DNA of 64,000 nt, taken from NCBI GenBank assembly GCA_963716255.1, contig OY970303.1:2176001-2240000 (forward strand), in the 5' to 3' direction. The notes under the pieces were generated by a model. The model was not told the origin of the DNA and did no database searches. It saw only the letters and a list, made by a program, of their open reading frames with translations. Position 1 is the stretch's first letter. Each line of letters starts with the position of its first letter. This document shows, in pieces, positions 10,251-18,878 of the stretch. The DNA is from an uncultured Gemmatimonadales bacterium (GTDB lineage Bacteria > Gemmatimonadota > Gemmatimonadetes > Longimicrobiales > Longimicrobiaceae). A program made the translations under genes and the position numbers.

Positions 10251-11975
10251 ATGGCCCACCCCGACGTGCTCCCCCTCTGGCGCGTGCTCCGCGCCCACCC
10301 CCGCCGCTCGGCCGGCGTGACCGCGCTGCTGGCGCTGGCCGGCGCCGCCGAGGGGTTCGGCCTGCTGACGCTGCTCCCGCTGCTGGAATCGGTGGGCGCG
10401 GGCGCCGACGGCTCCACCCGCGGGGGCCGCGCCGTCCTCGCGGCGCTGCACCGCCTGGGGGCCGCGCCCTCGCCGGGCGTGCTTGTCGCCGCCGTGGGGC
10501 TGGCGCTGTTCGCAAAGGCAGCGTTCCGCTGGCTGGCCATGGCGCGGGTGGGCTCGTCGGTCGCGGACGTCGCGGCCGGACTGCGGCTGCGCCTGCTGCG
10601 CGCCCTACTCGCCGCCCGCTGGAGCCACTTCGCCGGGCTCCCCGCGGGGCACGCCGCCGCCAGCCTCGCCCGGGACGCCTCCTGGGCCGCCTTCGCCTAC
10701 AGGGACGCGTGCGCCACGCTGGCCGCCGCGATCCAGCTCGCCGTGTACGCCGCCGCCGCGATGCTGGTGTCGTGGAAGCTGGGGCTGCTTGCGCTCGCGG
10801 CGGGGGTGGCCGTGAGCGCGCCGCTGGTGCTGTGGGTGCGGGTGAGCCGCGACGCGGGCGTGCTGCAGACCCGCCACGCGCAGGCGCTGGTGACCCGGGT
10901 GGTGGACGTGCTCCAGGCCATCAAGCCCATCAAGGCAATGGGGCGGGAGGGCGCGTACCTGGCCGGGCTCGCGGCGGAAACCGAGTCGCTGCGCGCCGCG
11001 GAGACCCGGCACGTGCGGGCCACCGAAGCGCTCCGCGCCCTGCAGGAGCCGCTGCTGGCCGTGCTCCTCCTGGGGACGCTCTTCGCCGCGCTGGCGTGGG
11101 GCGGCCAGGCGCTGTCCACCCTGCTGGTGCTCGCGGTGCTCTTCCAGCGGATGGTGGGGCGCTTCCAGGCCGTGCAGTCCGAGTACCAGGCCATGACGGC
11201 CGCGTCCAGCGCGTACGCCGCCGTGGAAGCGCAGATCGCCGAGGCGGAGCGGCGCCGCGCGCCGGCCGGGGGGACCGCCGCCGCGCCGCCGCTCGCGGTG
11301 GGGATCGAGCTGGACCGCGTGCGCTTCCGTCACGGCGGGCGGCCGGTGCTGGAGGACGTCTCGCTGTTCGTCCCCGCCGGCTCGTTCGTGGCCGTGGTCG
11401 GCGCTTCGGGCGCCGGCAAGACCACGCTGCTGGACCTGCTCGCCGGGCTGCGCGAGCCCGACGCCGGGGAGGTGCGCGTGGACGGCGTCCCGCTGGCGGC
11501 CATCGACCCGGCCGGCTGGCGCCGCCGCCTGGGCTACGTCCCGCAGGAGAGCGTGCTGCTGCACGAGAGCGTGCTCGCCAACGTGCTCCTGCGCGACCCG
11601 GATCTTGGGGAGCGCGACGCCGAGCGCGCGATCGCGCAGGCCGGCGCGGGGGAGCTGGTGGCGTCGCTGCCGGAGGGGCTGCGGACCCGGGTGGGCGAGC
11701 GGGGGCTGCGCCTTTCCGGCGGCGAGCGGCGGCGCGTGGCGCTGGCCCGCGCGCTCGTGGGCCGCCCTCGCCTGCTGCTGCTGGACGAGGCGACGGCGGA
11801 GCTGGACCCGGCCTCCGCGGCGGCGATCGGGCGCACGCTGCGCTCCCTGCGCGGGCGTGTCACCCTGGTCGCCGTCACGCACCACCCCGAGCTTGCCGCC
11901 GCCGCCGACGCGGTCTACGCGCTTTCGGATGGCCGTCTGGTTTCTGTGCGCGTCGCGGAGGGCGTGTCTGTGTGA
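10251..11975 (+). CDS. ABC transporter, fused permease/ATPase exporter
   Basis: N-terminal TM domain; Walker A GASGAGKT, signature LSGGERRR, Walker B LLLLDEAT, H-loop VTH. Confidence 0.93.
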   Translation: MAHPDVLPLWRVLRAHPRRSAGVTALLALAGAAEGFGLLTLLPLLESVGAGADGSTRGGRAVLAALHRLGAAPSPGVLVAAVGLALFAKAAFRWLAMARVGSSVADVAAGLRLRLLRALLAARWSHFAGLPAGHAAASLARDASWAAFAYRDACATLAAAIQLAVYAAAAMLVSWKLGLLALAAGVAVSAPLVLWVRVSRDAGVLQTRHAQALVTRVVDVLQAIKPIKAMGREGAYLAGLAAETESLRAAETRHVRATEALRALQEPLLAVLLLGTLFAALAWGGQALSTLLVLAVLFQRMVGRFQAVQSEYQAMTAASSAYAAVEAQIAEAERRRAPAGGTAAAPPLAVGIELDRVRFRHGGRPVLEDVSLFVPAGSFVAVVGASGAGKTTLLDLLAGLREPDAGEVRVDGVPLAAIDPAGWRRRLGYVPQESVLLHESVLANVLLRDPDLGERDAERAIAQAGAGELVASLPEGLRTRVGERGLRLSGGERRRVALARALVGRPRLLLLDEATAELDPASAAAIGRTLRSLRGRVTLVAVTHHPELAAAADAVYALSDGRLVSVRVAEGVSV

Positions 11976-12010
11976 GGCGGGTTCGAACGGCTACTGATCA
12001 CGGCGGGGTT

Positions 12011-12158
12011 GGGCGTGCCCCCGGCTGGCGCCGGGGTCGGGCTTCGGCTCCGTAGCAGACGAAACGACCGTCTGCAACGGAGTCGAGCCCCGGCAAACTG
12101 CCGCCGGGTCTCGCCCCTTCGGGCCGAAATCCCTCACGCGGGTTTCGCGCTGGCGTCC
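12011..12158 (-). repeat. ~150-bp structured intergenic repeat, copy A
   Basis: Reverse complement aligns with 13444-13590 and 20022-20169; contains three hairpins. Confidence 0.93.
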
Positions 12159-12194
12159 ACTGGGGCCCCCACCCGGCTCGCTTGAGGCTCGCCA

Positions 12195-12218
12195 CCCTCC
12201 CCCAATTCTGGGGGAGGG
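12195..12218. repeat. REP-like C/G-run palindrome
   Basis: CCCTCCCCCA-ATTC-TGGGGGAGGG. Confidence 0.7.
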
Positions 12219-12334
12219 CTTCCTGTCGGTCCGGGATCGTCGCCGTTGCCGTTGCGATCTGCGCCGGGAGGCCGGAAGAGCCTCCCCCGGCCGACCCCAT
12301 AGCCCGGAGCCCCTCGAAGCGCACCGTCGTGCGC

Positions 12335-12374
12335 CCCCTCCCCCCTTGCGGGGGAGGGGTCCGGGGGGATGGGG
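12335..12374 (+). repeat. REP-like palindrome with G-rich tail
   Basis: CCCCTCCCCCCTTGCGGGGGAGGGG-TCCGGGGGGATGGGG; same family as 19963-20010. Confidence 0.75.
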
Positions 12375-12383
12375 CGCCGCCCC

Positions 12384-13313
12384 TTACCCGCCCTCCCCCA
12401 CCACCCCACGCAGCGCCGCGATCGCCTCCGCCGGGTCGGGCGACAGCGTGAGCCTCCAGGCGCCGCCGGCGGCGAGCGCCCGCGCCGCAGCGTTCACCTG
12501 CCTGCGGAAGTGGTCGAAGCCCGGCTCCAGCGACTTCATCACCGCCTCCACGGCGGCATCGGCCGCGATCGGCTCCACGGCGACGGCGCGTCCCGGCTCC
12601 AGCAGGCAGAGCACGGCGCGCTCCGCCACCGGCTCGCCCACCCACTCCCCGGGCGGCACCGCCACCTTCCACCGCCCCCCGCGCAGCCGCAGGACCCCGC
12701 CCGCATCCGCCGCCGCGTGCGCCGCGCCGGGGAGCAGGTGGATGGGGCGCGGGAATCCCCACACGCGCAGCCCGGGCTCCAGCTGCACGTACACGGCGTC
12801 GTCCGAGAGCACGCGCAGCCCCGCCCGCTGCGCCGCGAGCGCCAGCGTGCTCTTGCCCGTGCCGCTCCGCCCCGCCAGCACCACCGCCGTGTCCCCCAGC
12901 AGCACCCCGGCGGCATGCAGCGGCACGCGGCCGGCCCGCGTGAGCAGGAAGAGCACGAGCGTGTCCACCACCTCCGCGGCCAGGCGCCCGGGGTCGCCCA
13001 CGAGCTCCGGCGGCACGGTGCAGACCGCCTCGCGCCGGGCGGCGTCCGCTTCGCCGCGGACGCCGGGGCCCTCCAGCGCCAGCCGCTCCCCGGCGAGGCG
13101 GACCGCGGGCGCCCCGCCGCCCGCCTCGCCGCTCCCGAGCCGCAGAGCGACGCGGATGCCGCCGGAGCCCTCGCTCCCGGCGCGGCCGGCGCGCGGCCAC
13201 GCCGCGCAGGCGGCGAGCGCCGCGTCCAGCAGCCCCGGCCCGTCCGCCTCCAAGCGCACGGGAATGCCCATCACCACGAGGTCGGCGTGGCAGCCGGGCG
13301 GCGCGTCCCGCAT
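12384..13313 (-). CDS. HPr kinase-like P-loop protein
   Basis: PLHAAGV...VVLAGRSGTGKSTLA...VLSDD matches the HprK-related His / Walker A / DD signature; start uncertain. Confidence 0.82.
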   Translation of the reverse strand: MRDAPPGCHADLVVMGIPVRLEADGPGLLDAALAACAAWPRAGRAGSEGSGGIRVALRLGSGEAGGGAPAVRLAGERLALEGPGVRGEADAARREAVCTVPPELVGDPGRLAAEVVDTLVLFLLTRAGRVPLHAAGVLLGDTAVVLAGRSGTGKSTLALAAQRAGLRVLSDDAVYVQLEPGLRVWGFPRPIHLLPGAAHAAADAGGVLRLRGGRWKVAVPPGEWVGEPVAERAVLCLLEPGRAVAVEPIAADAAVEAVMKSLEPGFDHFRRQVNAAARALAAGGAWRLTLSPDPAEAIAALRGVVGEGG

Positions 13314-13443
13314 GGATCCTCCGGTGGTGGTTTTCGCGTGGCCCCACCCAGGGAACCGGAAAAGGGGGTCGACGGGTTTCCGACATGGCCCCGGACCGCG
13401 CGCGTCCGCAGCGGCTCGCCCCCGGCCGGACGCGGAGCCTCCG

Positions 13444-13590
13444 CGGGCGCCAGCGCGATGCCGCGTGAGGGATTCCGGCCCGAAGGGGCGAGACCCGCGG
13501 GCAGTTTCGCGGGGCTCGACTCCGTTGCAGACGGTCGTTTCGTCTGCTACGGAGCCGAAGCCCGACCCCGGCGCAGCCGGGGGCACGCCC
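13444..13590 (+). repeat. ~150-bp structured intergenic repeat, copy B
   Basis: GCCAGCGCGA...CCGCGTGAGGGATT...GGGCACGCCC; ends ~45 bp upstream of the radical SAM start. Confidence 0.93.
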
Positions 13591-13634
13591 AAATCCGCAG
13601 TCCAGAGCAGTTCCAAGAACCCGGACCCGACCTC

Positions 13635-15020
13635 ATGATCCTCCTGGCGCACTCCTACTTCCTGCGCGACGACCCCAAGCAGCTGGAGCGGATGAAGCCC
13701 TACCCGCCCCTGGCGACTCTGCTCGCCGCGGGTCTGCTGCGCGAGCGGGGGCACCCGGTGTCGCTCTTCGACGCCATGCTCGCCCCGGGGGTGGAGGCGT
13801 TCGAGGCCGCGCTGGACGAGACGCGCCCGGCGGTGGTGGGGATCCTGGAGGACAACTTCAACTTCCTCACCAAGATGTGCACGCTGCGCATGCGCCAGGC
13901 CACGCTCCGCATGGTGGTGGCCGCCCGCGAGCGCGGCTGCCGCGTGGCGGTGAACGGCTCCGACGCATCGGACCGGCCGGCGCTGTACCTGGCGGCCGGC
14001 GCGGACGCGGTGATCGTGGGCGAGGCGGAAACGGGGTTCCTGGAGCTGGTGGAGGCGTGGCGCGCCGATCCCGCGGCCCCGCTCGACGGGGTCCCCGGGC
14101 TGGCGCTGGCCGGGCGGAGCGGGGCCGTCCGCCGCACCGCCGCCCGCCCCGCCCCCGACGACCTGGACGCGCTCCCGCTCCCGGCCTGGGAGCTGGTGGA
14201 CGTGGAAGCGTACCGCCGGGCGTGGCGGGGCGCCCACGGCCGCTTCTCCTGGAACGTGGTCACCTCGCGCGGCTGCCCGTACGGCTGCAACTGGTGCGCG
14301 AAGCCGATCTTCGGTCGGCGCTACGCCCAGCGCTCCGCCGCCGCGGTCGCGGAGGAGATGCGCCGGCTGCGCGACCAGGTGGCGCCGGACCACATCTGGT
14401 TCGCGGACGACATCTGGGGGCTGACGCCGCGGTGGATCGCGGACTTCGCCCGCGAGGTGAAGGCCCGGGACGCGCGCACGCCGTTCATGATCCAGTCGCG
14501 CGTCAACCTGATGAGCCCCGCGGTGGTGGCCGCGCTGGCGGAGGCGGGCGCGGAGGAGGTGTGGATGGGGGTGGAGTCGGGGTCCCAGGCGGTCCTGGAC
14601 GCCATGGAAAAGGGGAGCCGGGTGGAGCAGGCGCGGGAGGCCACGCGGGCGCTCAGGGCGGCGGGGATCCGGGCGTGCTGGTTCATCCAGCTCGGCTACC
14701 CCCCGGAGGGATGGGACGACCTGCTCCTGACCCGCGACCTGCTCCGGGAGGAGCGGCCCGACGACATCGGCGTGTCCGTGGCCTACCCGCTGCCGGGAAC
14801 GGGCTTCCACGACAACGTCCGCGCGGAGCTGGGCGCCAAGCGCAACTGGGAGGACACCGGCGACCTGGCCATGCTCTTTCACGGCGCCTTCGGCAGCGGC
14901 TTCTACCGCCGCGTCCGCGACGCGCTCCACCGGGAGGCGCGCACCGGCACCGCCGACGACGCGTGCTGGGCGGCGCTCGCGGAAGAGGCGGCGGTCCCCC
15001 TCCCCCTCGCCGGGGACTGA
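13635..15020 (+). CDS. B12-binding-domain radical SAM protein
   Basis: N-terminal YPPL...DAVIVGEAE cobalamin-binding-like domain; TSRGCPYGCNWC (CxxxCxxC); FADD; GVESGSQ. Confidence 0.92.
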   Translation: MILLAHSYFLRDDPKQLERMKPYPPLATLLAAGLLRERGHPVSLFDAMLAPGVEAFEAALDETRPAVVGILEDNFNFLTKMCTLRMRQATLRMVVAARERGCRVAVNGSDASDRPALYLAAGADAVIVGEAETGFLELVEAWRADPAAPLDGVPGLALAGRSGAVRRTAARPAPDDLDALPLPAWELVDVEAYRRAWRGAHGRFSWNVVTSRGCPYGCNWCAKPIFGRRYAQRSAAAVAEEMRRLRDQVAPDHIWFADDIWGLTPRWIADFAREVKARDARTPFMIQSRVNLMSPAVVAALAEAGAEEVWMGVESGSQAVLDAMEKGSRVEQAREATRALRAAGIRACWFIQLGYPPEGWDDLLLTRDLLREERPDDIGVSVAYPLPGTGFHDNVRAELGAKRNWEDTGDLAMLFHGAFGSGFYRRVRDALHREARTGTADDACWAALAEEAAVPLPLAGD

Positions 15021-15023
15021 GCG

Positions 15024-15848
15024 GTGGACGCCGCCGCCCTGTCCCCCGCCGCCGGGGCGTTCGACGCCGTCGCGGCGTCGTTCGACGCCCGCTTCGGCGC
15101 GTGGCGCAGCGTCGCCGCGCAGCGGCGCGCCGTGCGCGCGGCGCTGGCGGACGCCTTCCCGCCCGGGACGCGCGTGCTGGAGGTGGGCGGCGGCACGGGG
15201 GAGGACGCGCTCTGGCTGGCGCAGCGCGGGCGCCGCGTCCTGCTGACCGACGCGTCGCCCGCCATGGTGCGCATCGCCGGCGGCAAGCTGCGGGGCCTGG
15301 CGGGGTGCCGCGCGGAAGCCGCCGCGGCGGAGGCGCTGGGATCGCTGGCGGAGCGGGAGCGCGCGGCGGGGGAAGCGCCCTTCGACGGCGCGTTCTCCAA
15401 CTTCGCCGCGCTCAACTGCGTGCCGGAGCTGGCGCCGGTCGCCCGAGGGCTGGCGCGGCTGCTCCGCCCCGGGGCCCCGCTGCTGCTCGTCGTGTTCGGC
15501 CCCTTCCCCCCCGGCGAGGCCGTGGTGCAGCTGGCCCGCGGGGAGCCCCGCGCAGCCTTCCGGCGCCTGGCCCGCGGCGACGTCCCGGCGCGCCTGGGCG
15601 GCCGCGCTTTCACCGTGCGCTACCACCGCCCGCGCGAGGTGGAGCGCGCCCTGGCGCCGTGGTTCCGCCCGGCCGGGCGCCTGGGGGTGGGCGTCTTCGT
15701 CCCGCCGAGCGCGGCGGAGCCGTGGATCTCGGCGCACCCCCGCCTCCTGCGCGTGCTGGAGACGCTGGACCGCGCCGCCGCCCGGCCGCTGGCGCTGCTC
15801 GGCGACCACGTGCTGCTCCGCTTCCGGCGCACCGGGGAGGGGGCGTGA
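15024..15848 (+). CDS. Class I SAM-dependent methyltransferase
   Basis: VLEVGGGTGEDA, TDASPAM, FDGAFSNFAALNC, LRPGA. Confidence 0.9.
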   Translation: MDAAALSPAAGAFDAVAASFDARFGAWRSVAAQRRAVRAALADAFPPGTRVLEVGGGTGEDALWLAQRGRRVLLTDASPAMVRIAGGKLRGLAGCRAEAAAAEALGSLAERERAAGEAPFDGAFSNFAALNCVPELAPVARGLARLLRPGAPLLLVVFGPFPPGEAVVQLARGEPRAAFRRLARGDVPARLGGRAFTVRYHRPREVERALAPWFRPAGRLGVGVFVPPSAAEPWISAHPRLLRVLETLDRAAARPLALLGDHVLLRFRRTGEGA

Positions 15849-16663
15849 GCGCCGTGGGCGGCGCCCCGCCCGCGCTGGCCCGCTTCCGGGCGGAGTACGG
15901 CGCCCACCGCGCGGCGGAGGGGCGCGGCCACGGCCGCGCCGAGCTGCTGGCGCTTCCCTACCTGCGTACGGGGCCGCTGGCCCGGCAGTGGGCGGTCCGC
16001 GCCCGCAGCTACGACGCCTTCGTGCAGTCGGTGCTGGCCCCCGCCGCCGCGGAGCGCGGCGGACCGGTGCGGCTCCTGGACCTGGGCGCCGGGAGCGGCT
16101 GGCTCTGCCGCCGCGCCGCGCTCGCGGGGCACCGCGCCGTCGCGCTGGACCTGCGCGAGGACGACGTGGACGGGCTGGGCGCCGCGGGGCGGTACCTGGA
16201 GGACGCGCCGGGGCTCTTCGGCCGCGTGGCCGCTTCGTTCGACGCGCTCCCCTTCCCGGCCGGGAGCTTCGACGTCGCCGTCTTCAACGCGTCGCTGCAC
16301 TACGCCCTGGACCTGCGCGCCGTGCTCGCCGAGGCCGCACGGGTCGTCCGGCCGGGCGGGCGGATCGCCGTGGTGGATTCGCCCTTCTACGCGCGGGAGG
16401 CGGAGGGCGCGGCCATGGTCGCGGAGAAGCGGCGGGAGGCGGAGCGCCGCTTCGGCGAGCGCGCCGGGGTGCTGCTGGAGCTCCCCTTCGTGGAGTTCCT
16501 GACCCGGGAGCGCCTGGACGCGGCCTCCGCCGGGCTGGACCTGGCCTGGCGGCGCCGGCGCGTCGCCTACCCGCTCTGGTACGAGCTCCGCCCCCTCGTG
16601 GCGCGGCTGCGCCGCCGCCGCCCCCCCTCGCGCTTCGATCTCTGGCAGACCACGGTCCCATGA
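15845..16663 (+). CDS. Class I SAM-dependent methyltransferase
   Basis: LLDLGAGSGW, LPFPAGSFDVAVFNASLHY, RVVRPGG; GTGA overlap with the upstream gene. Confidence 0.9.
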   Translation: MSAVGGAPPALARFRAEYGAHRAAEGRGHGRAELLALPYLRTGPLARQWAVRARSYDAFVQSVLAPAAAERGGPVRLLDLGAGSGWLCRRAALAGHRAVALDLREDDVDGLGAAGRYLEDAPGLFGRVAASFDALPFPAGSFDVAVFNASLHYALDLRAVLAEAARVVRPGGRIAVVDSPFYAREAEGAAMVAEKRREAERRFGERAGVLLELPFVEFLTRERLDAASAGLDLAWRRRRVAYPLWYELRPLVARLRRRRPPSRFDLWQTTVP

Positions 16664-18213
16664 TCCTGTTCGTGAACCCGCGGGCCACCCGCCCCAGGAA
16701 CCGGCGCTTCCCCCTGTCGCTGATGGCCGTGGGCGCGGCGCTCCCGGAGGAGACGACCTGGGAGATCGTGGACGGCAACCGCCCCGGGGTGGACGTGCTC
16801 GCCGAGCTGGCGGCGCGGATCGAGGCCGGGCGCGGCGGCCCCGACCCGGTGCGGCTGGTGGCGTTCACCGTGATGCCGGGGCCGCAGCTGGTCAGTGCGC
16901 TCCCGCTCTCCCGCGGCCTCCGCGAGCTCCATCCCGACGTCCCCATCGTCTGGGGCGGCAACTTCCCCAGCCTGTACCCCGGGCCGGTGCTGAACTCGCC
17001 CTGGGTGGACTGGGCGGTGCGCGGGCAGGGGGAGCAGACCTTTTTGGAGCTGCTGGAGGTGCTGGACGGCGGGCGCGATCCCGCCACCGTGGCGGGGCTC
17101 GCCTTCCGCGGCGACGACGGCCGCCACCGCATCGGGCCGGAGCGCGTCTGGGCCGGGCCGGACGAGCTCCCGGAGCCGCCGTACCACAGGATCCCGGTGG
17201 ACGACTACCTGCACCCCACCTTCCTGGGGCGGCGCTCGGGGGTGTACCAGTCGTCCATCGGCTGCCCGTACGGCTGCAAGTTCTGCGGGGTGATCTCGGT
17301 GCTCGGCAGCCGCGAGAAGCAGCAGCGGCCGGAGCGAACCGCCGGGCACCTGGCCTTCCTGGCGCGCGAGCACGGCATGGACTCCGTGCACTTCTACGAC
17401 AACAACTTCTTCGTGGGCGAGGACCACGCGCGCGAGCTGGCGGAGCGGATGGAGCCGCTGGGGCTGCGCTGGTGGTGCGAGGCGCGGGTGGACGCGCTGC
17501 TGCGCTTCTCGGACGACACCTGGCGGCTGCTGCGGCGCGCCGGCCTCGCCATGGTGTTCTGCGGCGCCGAGTCGGGATCGGACGAGGTGCTGCGCAGGAT
17601 GAACAAGAAGATCACCACCGCGCAGGTGCTGGAGGTGGCCGCGCGGACGCGGGAGCACGGCATCATCCCCGAGTTCTCCTTCGTCTTCGGCGACCCCGAC
17701 GACCCGGAGCGCGAGATCGAGAACACGCTGGCCTTCATCCGCCGCCTCAAGGGCGTGAACCCGGCGATGGAGCTGATCAGCTACTTCTACACGCCCACGC
17801 CGCAGCGCCGCGGCACCTACGGCAACGTGGATGCGCTGGCCGGCACGCCCGCCACGCTGGAGGAGTGGGCGGAGCCGCAGTGGCTGACCTGGATGACGCA
17901 CGAGGACCCGCACGTCCCGTGGCTGGAGCCGCGGCTGAAAGCCAGGGTGGACGACTTCGAGCTGGTGCTCAAGAGCCGCTTCCCCTCGGTGCACGACGGG
18001 CGGACGCGCGGGTGGGGGAAGGCGCTCGGCCGGCTGCTCGCCCGCAGGCGCTGGGAGCGCGGCGAGTACGCGGACCCGCGGCTCCTGCGCACCGTGCGCC
18101 GCCTGGCCCGGGTGACGCCGGACGACACGCAGGCGTACGGCCACCTCCGCCCGGCCACACCCGCCACGCCGGCCGCGTCCGCGGGGACGGCCGCGCGGGC
18201 GGCCGTCGCGTGA
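16660..18213 (+). CDS. B12-binding-domain radical SAM protein
   Basis: MILFVNP...FPLSL, VWGGNFPS, VRGQGE, SIGCPYGCKFC, FYDNNF, GAESGSD; ATGA overlap. Confidence 0.92.
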   Translation: MILFVNPRATRPRNRRFPLSLMAVGAALPEETTWEIVDGNRPGVDVLAELAARIEAGRGGPDPVRLVAFTVMPGPQLVSALPLSRGLRELHPDVPIVWGGNFPSLYPGPVLNSPWVDWAVRGQGEQTFLELLEVLDGGRDPATVAGLAFRGDDGRHRIGPERVWAGPDELPEPPYHRIPVDDYLHPTFLGRRSGVYQSSIGCPYGCKFCGVISVLGSREKQQRPERTAGHLAFLAREHGMDSVHFYDNNFFVGEDHARELAERMEPLGLRWWCEARVDALLRFSDDTWRLLRRAGLAMVFCGAESGSDEVLRRMNKKITTAQVLEVAARTREHGIIPEFSFVFGDPDDPEREIENTLAFIRRLKGVNPAMELISYFYTPTPQRRGTYGNVDALAGTPATLEEWAEPQWLTWMTHEDPHVPWLEPRLKARVDDFELVLKSRFPSVHDGRTRGWGKALGRLLARRRWERGEYADPRLLRTVRRLARVTPDDTQAYGHLRPATPATPAASAGTAARAAVA

Positions 18214-18878
18214 GCACGCTGCCGGCGCGCGAGGCCTACCGCCTGTGGGCGCCCCGCTACGAGGCGGAGACCGCGGTCAGCTGGCTGGACGACCGGGTAG
18301 TGGGCACGCTGGGCCCGCCGCCGGCCGGGCGCCGGCTGCTGGACGTGGGGTGCGGGACCGGGCGCCGGCTCCGCGGCGCGGGCGCCGCGCTCGCGGTGGG
18401 GGTGGACCTGGTCCCCGAGATGCTGGCGGGGGGCGGCGGCGGCGGCCTCCGGGCCGCCGCGGACCTGCGCGCCCTCCCCGTGCGGGAGGGCGCCTTCGAC
18501 CTCGTCTGGTGCCGCCTGGTGGTGGGCCACCTCCCCGACCTCGCCGCGGCGTACGCGGAGCTGGCGCGCGTCTGCCGCCCCGGCGGCACGGTGCTGGTCA
18601 CCGACTTTCACCCCGCGGCGGCCGCCGCCGGCCACCGGCGCACCTTCCGCGACGCGGCCGGAGCGACCCGCGAGATCGAGCACCACGTGCACTCCGCGGA
18701 GGCCCACGCGGCGCTCGCGGGCGATGCCGGGCTCGCCCTCCGGGCGCGCATGGACGGGCGCGTGGGGCCGGCGCTGCGCCCCTTCTACGCCCGCGCCGGG
18801 CGCCTGGCCGCCTACCGCGAGCAGCGGGGGCTCCCCCTGGTGCTCGCGCTCGCCTTCCGCAGGGACGACGCGCCGTGA
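18210..18878 (+). CDS. Class I SAM-dependent methyltransferase (BioC-like)
   Basis: AYRLWAPRY, LLDVGCGTGR, GVDLVPEML, FDLVWCRL, TDFHP. Confidence 0.9.
   Translation: MSTLPAREAYRLWAPRYEAETAVSWLDDRVVGTLGPPPAGRRLLDVGCGTGRRLRGAGAALAVGVDLVPEMLAGGGGGGLRAAADLRALPVREGAFDLVWCRLVVGHLPDLAAAYAELARVCRPGGTVLVTDFHPAAAAAGHRRTFRDAAGATREIEHHVHSAEAHAALAGDAGLALRARMDGRVGPALRPFYARAGRLAAYREQRGLPLVLALAFRRDDAP

Noticed and set aside
11998..13386. Peptide 'GAEARPRR..PGARP' recurring in several ORFs (also near 3000, 13550, 20130) as a possible RiPP precursor family
   Set aside because: It is the translation of the non-coding DNA repeat in arbitrary frames. Substitutions preserve base pairing, not codons.
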